Below are positions 9,491 through 19,633 of a stretch of DNA of 26,240 bases, piece by piece. The notes beneath the pieces were generated by a model. The model made no database searches and had not been told where the DNA came from. It saw only the letters and a list, made by a program, of their open reading frames with translations. Origin of the DNA: a virus (taxonomy: Duplodnaviria > Caudoviricetes). The translations under genes and the position numbers were made by a program. Location: positions 1 to 26,240 of the IMG/VR virus record IMGVR_UViG_3300033416_000029; one strand, written 5' to 3'. Within the stretch, counting starts at the first letter, position 1; the number at the start of each line of letters is the position of its first letter.

Positions 9491-10189
9491 ATGACAACCG
9501 CATTGGATATAATCAAAGATGCAATGGGAGTAGTTGGCGTTATCGCACAGAATGAAACTCCATCATCAAGCGAATCTGCATCAGGTTTAAAAGCATTAAA
9601 TAACATGCTTGCGCTATGGGCGAATGACAGAACCTTTGCTTATACAGTTATTAATAACAATGCACCGTTAAGTAATGGCGTTATATCGTACACAATAGGC
9701 GCAGGTGGCGTTATAAACATTCCACGACCTGTTACTATCGACTATGCTTATATTCGCCTTAATAACATTGATTATCCGATGCAGAAGATAAGCAGTCAGG
9801 ATTATGATTCCGTACCATACAAAAACAATCAAGGGTTCCCGCAATATTTCTATTACGATAAAGGCTTTCCATTAGGCACCATTTATATTTACGGTGCGCC
9901 GCAAGCCAACATGACATTGTATTTTGATACATGGGTGCAATTAACACAATTCACCTCATTGGTTAATGATTTAACATTCCCGCCCGGGTATGAAATGGCA
10001 ATCGTGCATAATCTGGCTAAATTTCTTGCACCACGTTATGGTATGACTTTAACATCGGAAGCAGCAGAGCTTGCAGTTTCATCATTGGCGATGGTACGTG
10101 AACGCAATATTCCTGATCTGGTATTAAAAACAGAAGTAGGATTGATTAATGGTAGAGTACCTTATGGTTATGGTGCTTGGAGTTACTGA
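9491..10189 (+). CDS. Head-to-tail adaptor (P22 gp4-like)
   Basis: MTTALDIIKDAM...LNNMLALW...FPPGYEMAIVHNLA pattern; precedes gp10-like gene. Confidence 0.75.
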   Translation: MTTALDIIKDAMGVVGVIAQNETPSSSESASGLKALNNMLALWANDRTFAYTVINNNAPLSNGVISYTIGAGGVINIPRPVTIDYAYIRLNNIDYPMQKISSQDYDSVPYKNNQGFPQYFYYDKGFPLGTIYIYGAPQANMTLYFDTWVQLTQFTSLVNDLTFPPGYEMAIVHNLAKFLAPRYGMTLTSEAAELAVSSLAMVRERNIPDLVLKTEVGLINGRVPYGYGAWSY

Positions 10190-11604
10190 TGCAAGCGATT
10201 AAACTTTTTGGCATCGGTCAATATGGTAAATCATTCAATGTAACCGCACAGGAAAGATTGAACTGTTATTTAGAAGTTCAGCCAGGTGATGATAGGTCTG
10301 TTGTAGCGGTTTACGGAACGCCGGGACTGGATTTGTTTACATCATTTGGTGATACCCCTGTACGCGGCATCTATCAGCGTGGTGATTATATTTACGCGGT
10401 CCATCGTGGCACATTCTATGAAGTGAACAATGCTGGTGTTAAAATTATAAGGGGCACAATAGGAACCACATCAGGGCGGGTATATATTGCTGATAATGGA
10501 TCACAGTTAATGCTTACCGATGGCACTTTAACGGGTGGTTATGTCTATAATTACTCTACATTGGCATTTACCAATATTACCAGCGCTGGATTCTTGGGAG
10601 CTGCTACTGTTACGTGGCAAGATGGTTATTTCATTACCGTAATCCCCGGTACGCAAAGATTCCAAGTTTCAGCTTTGAATGACGGGTTAACGTGGGATGC
10701 GCTTGATTATGCGTCAGCTGAATCAAATCCTGATAATCTAGTGATTGCGATCAGTGACAATTCAAACCTATACCTGTTCGGTACGGTATCGACTGAGTTT
10801 TGGACTAATAATGGGGCTACAGACTTCCCGTTTGGTCGTGTATCAGGTGGTGCTACGGAATGGGGATGCGCGGCTGTAAATACTGTAATAAAATATGACA
10901 ATTCGCTTGTTTTCCTTGCAAAAAACCGTATGGGGCAGGTAATTGTGGCGAGAATGAACGGTTACACTCCGGTTAGAATATCCACACCTGAACTTGAATT
11001 TATCATTAACAACTATTCTGCGGTATCAGACGCAACAGCATACAGTTATATGCTTGGCGGGCACCCAATGCTTGAAATAAGCTTCCCAACAGGTGATGCC
11101 ACATGGTTATATGATGGACTTTCTCAAGTATGGTCTAAATTATCCAGCTACAACCTAAACAGGCATCGCACAAGTATCAATATTAACTATCTTGAAAAAA
11201 CAATCGTAACCGATTATTCAAATGGCAATCTATATAGATTGAACCCATTAAGTTATACGGATAATGGCGACCCGATTACTTTTGAGATTATTTCAAGGCA
11301 TATCTACCAAGATGACAAAAGGCTTGTGATTGATAGTTTACAGTTGGATTTGGAAGCTGGCGTGGGAGCGGCAACTGGACAAGGTTCTAATCCACAGATA
11401 ATGCTGGCAGTATCAAAAGATGGTGGGCATGAATACGGTATAGAGCAATGGGTAAGCATGGGAGCGATTGGTAATTATAAATATCGTGCTATCTGGCGTA
11501 GATTGGGAATATCGCGTGACTGGGTATTCAAGTTCAGGATTACAGACCCAGTGAAGCGTGTTATTTTTGGAGCGACTGCGAGCATGAGGTTAGGTAAATC
11601 ATGA
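10189..11604 (+). CDS. Packaged-DNA stabilisation / tail hub protein (P22 gp10-like)
   Basis: GTPGL, DGYF, ASAESNPD, SKDGG...WRRLG motifs; TGATG coupling gives start 10189. Confidence 0.88.
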   Translation: MQAIKLFGIGQYGKSFNVTAQERLNCYLEVQPGDDRSVVAVYGTPGLDLFTSFGDTPVRGIYQRGDYIYAVHRGTFYEVNNAGVKIIRGTIGTTSGRVYIADNGSQLMLTDGTLTGGYVYNYSTLAFTNITSAGFLGAATVTWQDGYFITVIPGTQRFQVSALNDGLTWDALDYASAESNPDNLVIAISDNSNLYLFGTVSTEFWTNNGATDFPFGRVSGGATEWGCAAVNTVIKYDNSLVFLAKNRMGQVIVARMNGYTPVRISTPELEFIINNYSAVSDATAYSYMLGGHPMLEISFPTGDATWLYDGLSQVWSKLSSYNLNRHRTSININYLEKTIVTDYSNGNLYRLNPLSYTDNGDPITFEIISRHIYQDDKRLVIDSLQLDLEAGVGAATGQGSNPQIMLAVSKDGGHEYGIEQWVSMGAIGNYKYRAIWRRLGISRDWVFKFRITDPVKRVIFGATASMRLGKS

Positions 11605-11849
11605 TAATCAGTCCAGTACCAAACCAGCAGACAATGGATAATAATAATGACGGTGTTATAGACCCGGCATGGAAGCAGTTTTTTAGCTCTGTATATGATG
11701 GTATATTCTATACTCAACAAAGTGGAACAACAGCGCAAAGGCCAACAAGAAGCCTTTTTACAGGAAGGTTCTATTTCGATACTACCTTAGGTATGCCTAT
11801 ATGGTATAAAACGGCTGGATGGGTAAAGGCTGATGGCACAGCAGCTTGA
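11601..11849 (+). CDS. Small tail-associated protein
   Basis: ATGA overlap; GTTAQRP...YFDTTLGMPIW motif typical of tail proteins. Confidence 0.6.
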   Translation: MIISPVPNQQTMDNNNDGVIDPAWKQFFSSVYDGIFYTQQSGTTAQRPTRSLFTGRFYFDTTLGMPIWYKTAGWVKADGTAA

Positions 11850-12204
11850 TTATCTTACCATAGCACAGGATATGCACGATGTTGACAATTGCGTAGCAGT
11901 TGAAGATTATTTAAAAGTAATAACCCATTCAAAAGTATGGATGTATGAATGGGGTGTTATTTTGGCTGATGGCGATGAAATACACATGCATATCCTGAAA
12001 AATTACCGCAAGAGAGTGTTTTTAAGAAAGCCATTCAGGGAAGTAACAAAGTATTTGTTTAGTAAATATTCAGTGATAAAAACATCAATTCTTAAAAAAC
12101 CTGAATTACTTGAATTTGAATTAAGAACAGGATGGAAGATAGTGTCTGAAAGTGAAAAACTGATTAACTTAGAAATGAAGAAAGAAGATTTCAATTATGT
12201 TTAA
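11833..12204 (+). CDS. Virion assembly protein, P22 gp14-like (GNAT-like fold)
   Basis: Position between tail hub and ejection genes; EIHMHIL...RTGWK pattern. Confidence 0.5.
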   Translation: MAQQLDYLTIAQDMHDVDNCVAVEDYLKVITHSKVWMYEWGVILADGDEIHMHILKNYRKRVFLRKPFREVTKYLFSKYSVIKTSILKKPELLEFELRTGWKIVSESEKLINLEMKKEDFNYV

Positions 12205-13231
12205 ATGGTTATCTATTTTTAGCTTTATAGAATACTGCACATGCTATTGGACAGGGGCAGCCATGGTGGCTAGTTCTGTTATTTCAGGTGCCATGAGCAG
12301 TAAGTCTGCAAAAGACGCAGGTAAAGCAAGCTCTAAAGCTACTGCTGCAAGCAATGACATGTTGCAAGCCCAGATGCTAACTAACACCGGGTCATACCGT
12401 CCTTATACAGATTTGGGAGAGGGGGCATCTGCAAAGCTTTCATATCTGCTTGGCATTGGATCAAAGACAGACAAATATAGTGTTAATGATTTTGCTAATT
12501 ACAACTCGGATTACGCCCCGAGTTGGTATCAAGGTAGTGGAGGTCAAAGAAATGATACCAATCTACAATATAACGATTATTTAAAAAGCATTCAAGGTGG
12601 CAGAGCGCCAAATCTTGGCCCAGATAGATTGTATCAAAATGACGATCTATCAAACCATGGATTCAGAACTCTTAATGATTATACAGGCCAAGAATATGGC
12701 GGCTTATTAAATGGCTTTACAGAAGCAGATTTAAATAAAGATGTTGTCTATAACAAAGGCCTTGAATTTGGATTGAATGAAGGCGTTAAAGGGCTAAACA
12801 GGCAAGCGGCGGCGGCTGGTGGTCTTGGTTCTGGTGCTACATTAAAGGCGCTGACACGTTACGCTAACGATTACGGGACAACGAAAGCAAGCGGTGCAAG
12901 TGATAGATTCAACCAGAATAAGCTTAATGTGTATAATATGCTATCTGGCACTGCTGGGCAGGGATTGAGTGCGGTAAACGGATTGGCCGGGAACAATACC
13001 AATCTAGTTTCTGGGCAGTCTAACAATACAATGGCTAACGGAACTAACCAAGGTAATGCAGCAGTAGCAAGCGGCGCTGCATGGGGGAACGCCATCAATG
13101 GCGGCATAGGTAATTACCTGTATAATCAACGTACACAACAACAACCAGCCAATGCTCCTGTTGTAAGTAATAGTTACCTGCCTAATTACAATAATTCAGC
13201 AGGTTCAATCCCATGGTACGCAATGTCTTAG
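12197..13231 (+). CDS. DNA ejection protein (P22 gp7-like)
   Basis: G/A/N-rich; AAAAGGLGSGATLKALTRYANDYG motif. Confidence 0.8.
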   Translation: MFKWLSIFSFIEYCTCYWTGAAMVASSVISGAMSSKSAKDAGKASSKATAASNDMLQAQMLTNTGSYRPYTDLGEGASAKLSYLLGIGSKTDKYSVNDFANYNSDYAPSWYQGSGGQRNDTNLQYNDYLKSIQGGRAPNLGPDRLYQNDDLSNHGFRTLNDYTGQEYGGLLNGFTEADLNKDVVYNKGLEFGLNEGVKGLNRQAAAAGGLGSGATLKALTRYANDYGTTKASGASDRFNQNKLNVYNMLSGTAGQGLSAVNGLAGNNTNLVSGQSNNTMANGTNQGNAAVASGAAWGNAINGGIGNYLYNQRTQQQPANAPVVSNSYLPNYNNSAGSIPWYAMS

Positions 13232-13243
13232 GAAAATAAAATC

Positions 13244-14632
13244 ATGCCAATAGACTTCTCCCCAATTACAAACATGCAACCAGTGAATCTTGCACAGATT
13301 TATGGTGCTGCCGACCAAGCTAATGCGCAGCGTATTCATAACCAGTATCTTGGTATGCAAATGCAGAAAGCTCAAAAAGAACTTGCCGATGAAGAAGCGC
13401 TAAAAGGTGCTTATGCTCAATCAATCAGCCCGGAAGGAACGCTTGATAGAAAGACATTATTCGCCAACTTGTACAAGACAAATCCAATGAAGGCATTAGA
13501 AGCTCAAAAGGCTTTTAATGAGCAGGATATTGCACAATCAAAATCAAAGAGAGAAGATACAAAATCTCAACTGGATAATGCTGCAAGCATACTTAAATTA
13601 CAAGGTGACAGTGCAAAATCTGTGCTTGCTAATCCTACGCTTGACACCGCCATCTATACGACTAAACGCTTCGGTGAATTGACTGGGCAAGACGTGACAG
13701 GTGAGTTGCAAAATATTCAGGCAATCGGTGATAATCCTGATGCTTTGCGTAAATGGGCTGGTGGACATGCTTTATCAGCAGAGCAGATGCTAGGCAAGTT
13801 GCAAAACATCAATACAGGTCAATTTAACGTACAACAGATGGTTGAACCATTAACAGGTAAAGTTGTTGAAACTGGACGTACACAGATGCAAGCAACGCCT
13901 GATGCGGTCATGTCTAATGAACGTGCCATTAAAGAAGGTGCGCTTAATCGTGGGGTGACTATGCGCGGTCAGAATTTGACTGATGCTCGATCTAGAGAAA
14001 AGAATAGTATAGATAAGCTAGAAAAAGGCACATACGATTCAGAAAGAGGCGTTATAGTTGATACTCGCACAGGAATAGCAAGACCTGTAACTCAAGAAGG
14101 AACACCATTTACAGCGAAATTACCAGAGGCGCAGCAAAGGCAGATTGTAGGCACTAAAAACCTTAAAAATGCAATAAACGAATACACGTCACAACTAGAT
14201 AATTGGAAAGCAATGGATACCCTTAGCCCTGATGCGAGGGCTGCTATGGGCGTTAAATATAACAACATGATGTTGCAAGCCAAAGAGGCTTATAATTTAG
14301 GCGTAATTAATGGTCCAGACCTTGAAATACTGACTAGTGTAGTTACAGACCCTAGGTCACTTACAGGCGCAATAACAAGTAATAAGGCTTTAAAATCACA
14401 AGCTGATGAACTTAATAGAATTATGGGTGATGTTGGAGGTACGTCTGCGGATAAGGTAAGAGGCAATGATAAGCCTTATGAGGTAAATCAAATAATTCCA
14501 AATAATTCAAAAATGCCAAATAAAGTATCCGGTAAAATTGCAGTTCCTATTAAATCAGATAATGACTATAACAAATTACCTTCCGGCACTAGATTTGTAG
14601 CTCCAGACGGTACCACAAGGATAAAACCATAA
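13244..14632 (+). CDS. DNA ejection protein (gp20-like position)
   Basis: Q/A-rich helical; TMRGQNLTDAR motif; second of three internal virion genes. Confidence 0.65.
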   Translation: MPIDFSPITNMQPVNLAQIYGAADQANAQRIHNQYLGMQMQKAQKELADEEALKGAYAQSISPEGTLDRKTLFANLYKTNPMKALEAQKAFNEQDIAQSKSKREDTKSQLDNAASILKLQGDSAKSVLANPTLDTAIYTTKRFGELTGQDVTGELQNIQAIGDNPDALRKWAGGHALSAEQMLGKLQNINTGQFNVQQMVEPLTGKVVETGRTQMQATPDAVMSNERAIKEGALNRGVTMRGQNLTDARSREKNSIDKLEKGTYDSERGVIVDTRTGIARPVTQEGTPFTAKLPEAQQRQIVGTKNLKNAINEYTSQLDNWKAMDTLSPDARAAMGVKYNNMMLQAKEAYNLGVINGPDLEILTSVVTDPRSLTGAITSNKALKSQADELNRIMGDVGGTSADKVRGNDKPYEVNQIIPNNSKMPNKVSGKIAVPIKSDNDYNKLPSGTRFVAPDGTTRIKP

Positions 14633-16272
14633 TGGGATGGCAAGATGCGCCTTTAGAGCAGGAATCATCTACGGCATCATGGAAAGATGCGCCTATAGAA
14701 AATGCACAACAAGTAAATCAACCAATAAATGAAGAGTCGCCATCATTAGGTAAACAAGCATTAACTTTTGCGGCTAACAAAGTAAAAGATTATGCAAATA
14801 TTGGATTTGGTGGCATCCGCGGTGCTGGCTCTATAGGTTCTACAATATTACTCCCTGCTGACATGATTAATCAGAAATTACGCGGAGATGACTTTCTGTC
14901 TATGAAAGATAATGAACAGCGTAGAAATGACATGACAATGGCTTTAAAAGGAATGGGAGCAGATACTGATAGCAATGAATTTGGGTTAGGTAAATTAGGC
15001 GCAGAGATAGCAGGAACCTATGATATTGGTGGAGTTATAGGCGGGGGGAAATTGCTTGGCGGAACTGCACTAGGCAATTCTATAAAATCTGGCGGCATGG
15101 CATTAGATTTACCAAAAGCAAAGAATGCGTCCGAAGTTATCAAGCAATTCTTATTGCGTGCTGGTGGCGGTGCTGTGAGCGGTGCAACTACGGCTGGATT
15201 GGTTAATCCTAATGACGTAAAAACAGGGGCTATAGTTGGAGGTGCGCTTCCAGTTGCAGCTAAAGTTGCTGGCAATGTAGGAACTGGCATATATAACTCA
15301 ATAGTGCCAGAAGCTTCACCTAAAATTATACAATTGGCAGAAAAAGCCAAGAATCTTGGGATAGATATACCAGCCGATAGATTGACTAATAGCAAGCATT
15401 TAAATGCTGTTGCATCTACATTAAATTATGTACCATTCAGCGGCAGAGCTGCAACTGAGCAAAAATTTGAAAGTCAACTTAACAAGGCTCTATCAAATAC
15501 ATTCGGTCAGAATAGCGATAATGTAACTATGTCATTACGTAAAGCCAGCAATGAGCTAGGTCATAAATTTGATAACACATTAAAAAACAACGCTGTAAAA
15601 GTTGATGCTCAATTTTTAGATGATCTAGCAAGAACAAGACAAAACGCTGTTGATGATTTAGTCGGGGATGAGCTTACCCGTATTGATAAGCAAATAAACA
15701 ATATAACAAGTAAATTAAAAGACGGTGTTATTGATGGACAGGCTGCATATAACATCAAAAAGACACTGGATAGAATTGGCAACGGTAAAGGTAATGATGC
15801 TTTTCATGCCAGGGAACTAAAGAAAGATTTAATGAATGCTTTAGATCGCAGCCTTGGTGAGAAAGGTGCTAAAGATTTTGCAGAAGTCCGTAAACATTAC
15901 GGAACAATGCTTGATTTAGAAGGAATAGCTCAAAATGGGGCGGAGGGTGGAATATCTATTGCAAGATTAGCCAACATGAAAGGGATTAGAAATCCTGAAT
16001 TGCAAGACCTAGCAGACATTTCCGCGCAATTCTTAAAAGCAAGAGAAGGTCAGCACGGGGCTGCACAAAGAGCAGTTGTTGGCGGACTTGCTGGATACGC
16101 TGGCGGCATTCCTGCATTAGTAGGTGGGGCGGCTGTTGGACGTGGAATTAATACTGCATTAAATTCTGAGCTAGCTAAAAAGGCTGCATTAGGTAAATTA
16201 AATTCACCAAAATTGACGGCAGAAGAACTGAAAATATTAACTTCAACTTTGCCAATATTAGCCAATCAGTGA
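14632..16272 (+). CDS. DNA ejection protein (gp16-like position)
   Basis: MGWQDAP..SWKDAP N-terminal repeats; G/A-rich hydrophobic segments. Confidence 0.65.
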   Translation: MGWQDAPLEQESSTASWKDAPIENAQQVNQPINEESPSLGKQALTFAANKVKDYANIGFGGIRGAGSIGSTILLPADMINQKLRGDDFLSMKDNEQRRNDMTMALKGMGADTDSNEFGLGKLGAEIAGTYDIGGVIGGGKLLGGTALGNSIKSGGMALDLPKAKNASEVIKQFLLRAGGGAVSGATTAGLVNPNDVKTGAIVGGALPVAAKVAGNVGTGIYNSIVPEASPKIIQLAEKAKNLGIDIPADRLTNSKHLNAVASTLNYVPFSGRAATEQKFESQLNKALSNTFGQNSDNVTMSLRKASNELGHKFDNTLKNNAVKVDAQFLDDLARTRQNAVDDLVGDELTRIDKQINNITSKLKDGVIDGQAAYNIKKTLDRIGNGKGNDAFHARELKKDLMNALDRSLGEKGAKDFAEVRKHYGTMLDLEGIAQNGAEGGISIARLANMKGIRNPELQDLADISAQFLKAREGQHGAAQRAVVGGLAGYAGGIPALVGGAAVGRGINTALNSELAKKAALGKLNSPKLTAEELKILTSTLPILANQ

Positions 16273-16359
16273 TTATTTTAAATAACCAAATAATCCTGCC
16301 AAGAATGCTAATGCAACGATTATTCCAGCTTTCAAAAGCATGTAATCTGTAATTTCCAT
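16273..16359 (-). CDS. 28-aa single-transmembrane microprotein, not in ORF track
   Basis: MEITDYMLLKAGIIVALAFLAGLFGYLK*; fills the intergenic gap, convergent with the last ejection gene. Confidence 0.55.
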   Translation of the reverse strand: MEITDYMLLKAGIIVALAFLAGLFGYLK

Positions 16360-16379
16360 AAATATAAATTTAACACAAT

Positions 16380-16403
16380 AAACTGCAAGTGTGCAGTTTT
16401 TTT
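16380..16403 (+). terminator. Intrinsic terminator
   Basis: AAACTGCA-AGTG-TGCAGTTT-TTTT. Confidence 0.7.
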
Positions 16404-16417
16404 ATTTGGAGTAGCTT

Positions 16418-17830
16418 ATGAGTGTGCGTCTAGCCCCTGTGTTCAATAACGAACAATTTATTAATGGCCTACCAGCATCAGGCGGACTTCTCTTTAGTTA
16501 CGCAGCCGGCAGTAGCACAAAGTTAACGACTTATACCGATTCAACAGGTGTAACTCCGCAAGCCAACCCTATTGTACTGAATGCACGTGGTGAACCTGCA
16601 AGCCCTATCTGGTTGACGTCTGGCTTATCTTACAAGTTTGTATTTTCACCATCTACCGATACAGATCCGCCAACGTCACCGATTCGTACCATTGATAATA
16701 TTACAGGTATTAACGATAGCTCTACTACTATTGATCAATGGGTTGTTTCAGGATTAACACCAACTTATGTAAGTGCTACACAATTCACATTGGTAGGTGA
16801 CCAGACCAGCGCATTTGAAGTTAACCGCAGGGTTAAATTTTCAGTTACTGCTGGTACAGTTTATGGTTATATTTCAGTTTCAGCTTATACAACATTAACT
16901 ACTGTAACCGTGGTTCTTGATTCTGGTGCATTGGATGCTGGATTAAGTGCGGTATATTTAGGATTGCTCACGGCAACAAATGTTTCATACCCTAAAACCA
17001 TTGCTAAATCAGGCGCTAATTCTGATATTACTTCATTAACTGGATTAACTTCTCCAATAACAGGGGTTGGTGATAATAGTAAAATACAGCCTATTACAGC
17101 ATCAGTTTCCGCAAATGCTTTAACTATCACCTTAAATCCTACATCACTTGATTTTCGCTCTGCAACATTAGGAAGTGGAACGGTAAATACTCGCACCATT
17201 GCTGCTGCAATATCAGTAGTTGTTTCAAGCGGTTCTACATTAGGCACTGTTAGCACGATACAGAATAGACTTGCCGTACTCGCTATTGATAATGCCGGAA
17301 CAGTAGAACTTGCAGTAGTTAATATCTCTGGTGGTAATGACCTAACTGAAACAGGACTGATTAGTACAACGGCAGAGGGTGGAGCAGGTGCGGCAGATAG
17401 TGCAAATGTAATATACTCAACAACTGCAAGAACTAATGTTCCTTATCGAGTAGTTGGTTATGTAGAAAGTACACAGGCAACAGCAGGAACATGGGCAACA
17501 GCGCCTAGCACTATTCAAGGTTATGGCGGTCAAGCTTTAGCAGCTATGTCCAGCTTTGGCTATGGGCAGACACTGCAAGATGTAACTGCAAGCAGGGCAC
17601 TCTCAACGACATATTATAATACTACAGGAAAGACGATAACTGTTTATATTAAATTCGGTAACAGCAGCAGCGCTGATGTATCTGGATTACTCAATGGGGT
17701 TATAGCACTTCAAATGACTTTTGGTGCTTATTCTATATACCCTTGCATTACCCTTATAGTCCCTCCTAACATGGCGTACTCTATAACAAATTCAGCAGGA
17801 ACACTATCTTTTTGGAAAGAGCTTAGATAA
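16418..17830 (+). CDS. Tail fibre / receptor-binding protein
   Basis: N-terminal attachment motif NGLPASGGLLFSYAAGSST...NPIVLNARGE; AKSGANSDITSLTGLT; C-terminal GQTLQDVTASRALSTTYYNTTGK...WKELR. Confidence 0.85.
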   Translation: MSVRLAPVFNNEQFINGLPASGGLLFSYAAGSSTKLTTYTDSTGVTPQANPIVLNARGEPASPIWLTSGLSYKFVFSPSTDTDPPTSPIRTIDNITGINDSSTTIDQWVVSGLTPTYVSATQFTLVGDQTSAFEVNRRVKFSVTAGTVYGYISVSAYTTLTTVTVVLDSGALDAGLSAVYLGLLTATNVSYPKTIAKSGANSDITSLTGLTSPITGVGDNSKIQPITASVSANALTITLNPTSLDFRSATLGSGTVNTRTIAAAISVVVSSGSTLGTVSTIQNRLAVLAIDNAGTVELAVVNISGGNDLTETGLISTTAEGGAGAADSANVIYSTTARTNVPYRVVGYVESTQATAGTWATAPSTIQGYGGQALAAMSSFGYGQTLQDVTASRALSTTYYNTTGKTITVYIKFGNSSSADVSGLLNGVIALQMTFGAYSIYPCITLIVPPNMAYSITNSAGTLSFWKELR

Positions 17831-17839
17831 GGATATAAA

Positions 17840-18124
17840 ATGGCACTACACAAAGATTTAAACAACAACATTCACGATGATGATAATGGTAAAGCACTTC
17901 ATTTTCTACCTGATGGATGCGTTGAGATTACTCAAGCCGAAGCTGATACTTTACTTTTGCCAACTCAAGCCGAATTAAACGCCCAACGGAAACAAGCCAT
18001 CTACGCAGAGTTATCAGCACTAGACCAAAAGAAGATTAGACCGTTATCGGAAGGTGATGCGGTTTATCTGGCTATACTTAACGCTCAAACTCATGCATTA
18101 CGCGATGAGTTTAAAACATTATGA
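17840..18124 (+). CDS. Tail fibre assembly/chaperone-like protein
   Basis: Follows the fibre; LPDGCVEITQAEA and LDQKKIRPL motifs. Confidence 0.6.
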   Translation: MALHKDLNNNIHDDDNGKALHFLPDGCVEITQAEADTLLLPTQAELNAQRKQAIYAELSALDQKKIRPLSEGDAVYLAILNAQTHALRDEFKTL

Positions 18125-18198
18125 GTAGAGAATATAGCTAACGTTAGGGTTATCACTATTAAAGAATACTTGCCATAAAAAAAATGTAGAATGGAGCT

Positions 18199-19254
18199 AT
18201 GAATGAAAAAAGAAGAAACTTTATACTTTGATTGGCAGGTGGCGTAATGGGAACACTTGCTATCCGTCAACTGGCTAATCAGACAAAAGCTAATATGGAT
18301 AATGTCTTGTTGGAGTGTGATGCGATTGATGCAACTCCCCCAACTATAGGAACATTGCCAGCCATTATTTCAGCACCAAAACCTAATCAGGTATTTCAGA
18401 AATCATCTGCTTCTGGTAACGCAACATTCAAGGTTGAATGGCGCGGTGATGCAAATCTTGTTCGCATCAAGAATGGAACTGCAACGGTTGCAGAAAGCGC
18501 ATCAGGAGACTTTACATTGGCGGCAGGATGGTATGATGCGGTACTTGTCACCAATGGCGTTGAAGGTGATTTAATCAAGGTTGGTGTTGGTGATGTGTTT
18601 CTAGTTGCAGGTCAATCAAATGGCGTTTCTCCATTGCAGCCATATACATTTACTGCACCTGTTCCAGCACAAGGTAAGGTAATTCTATCCGACTATTACC
18701 GACATGGATTCTACGCATTTAGAGACCCTGCTGTGGAACCTTTAATTGCAGATGTTGCCAATGGTGTTTATGTTGGTGGCATCTGCTGGTTATATTGCGG
18801 AATCACATTAAACAGAAACTATCCTGTAATGTTTGTTAATGTGGCCCAAGGTAACACGTCAACCACAGATTGGGTGAATAATTATATACTGCGGGTTTTT
18901 GATGCGTGGGCGATTTATAAACCAAAAGCAATTCTATGGTTTCAAGGTGAGTCGGATGCTGTCAATGGCATTAGTCAAGCTACAAGTTATGCTAATATGG
19001 ATGCTTGTATATCTAGTTTAAGACAAGTAACAGTTACGCCATGGATTATTGCTAAAAACTCCATTAATGGTGGTTATGCACCTATCCGCGCAGCTCAACA
19101 ACAGGTGATTGATAAATGGTCTCATGTTTATCAGGGGCCTGATACAGACACAGTGAGAAACCCTGCTGTAAATACTGATAATGAGTTTTTCGGAACGCAA
19201 TTGCAGAGTATTGGAAACTTGTGGGCTAATTGTATTACATCGCTAGGGTTTTAA
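18199..19254 (+). CDS. SGNH/SASA-family (sialate O-acetylesterase-like) protein; Tat-like leader broken by in-frame TGA at 18229-18231 (possible pseudogene)
   Basis: GDVFLVAGQSN and ILWFQGESD blocks; in-frame upstream MNEKRRNFIL*LAGGVMGTLA. Confidence 0.75.
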
Positions 19255-19270
19255 ATGTAACTAACAAAAT

Positions 19271-19291
19271 AGACCGCTTCGGCGGTTTTTT
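19271..19291 (+). terminator. Intrinsic terminator
   Basis: AGACCGC-TTCG-GCGGTTT-TTT (cUUCGg tetraloop). Confidence 0.85.
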
Positions 19292-19306
19292 CATTTTTAG
19301 GAGTGG

Positions 19307-19633
19307 ATGTTGGAATCTTTAATTGTCATCAAGGGGTGGATAGTAGCGCATGTTCCTGCTGCTATCGGTTCAGCATTGTCACTGTATGTCAGCCGTGAAA
19401 AAACGGCAAATATGCGAAAGATTGAGATATTCGGCGTATTCTTTGCCGGAATTGCCATTGCCCATTATATCGGTGGTGGGGCTATTGAGTATTCAGATAT
19501 ATCAGCAGATTCGCTTATTGCCGATTCTATAAAAATGACCGTTGGTTTGATTGGCATGGCATTGGTAACGAATATAGTGATACAGGTTCCCCTTGTGTTG
19601 TCTGCAATCCGCAGGAAATGGCTAGGTGAATAA
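19307..19633 (+). CDS. Holin (putative)
   Basis: AGGAG RBS; three hydrophobic segments; basic C-terminus RRKWLGE; upstream of endolysin. Confidence 0.75.
   Translation: MLESLIVIKGWIVAHVPAAIGSALSLYVSREKTANMRKIEIFGVFFAGIAIAHYIGGGAIEYSDISADSLIADSIKMTVGLIGMALVTNIVIQVPLVLSAIRRKWLGE

Noticed and set aside
16418-17830. Diversity-generating retroelement or invertible tail-fibre segment
   Set aside because: No reverse transcriptase, invertase or duplicated template of the fibre C-terminus seen in the window.
18229-18231. Genome-wide TGA recoding
   Set aside because: Many genes end in TGA with ATGA/TGATG coupling and no other gene appears interrupted.
2443-19200. Numerous - strand ORFs inside structural genes (e.g. 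3024-3353, 4217-4612, 15018-15395, 16885-17256)
   Set aside because: Antisense shadows of well-supported genes with no recognisable motifs.
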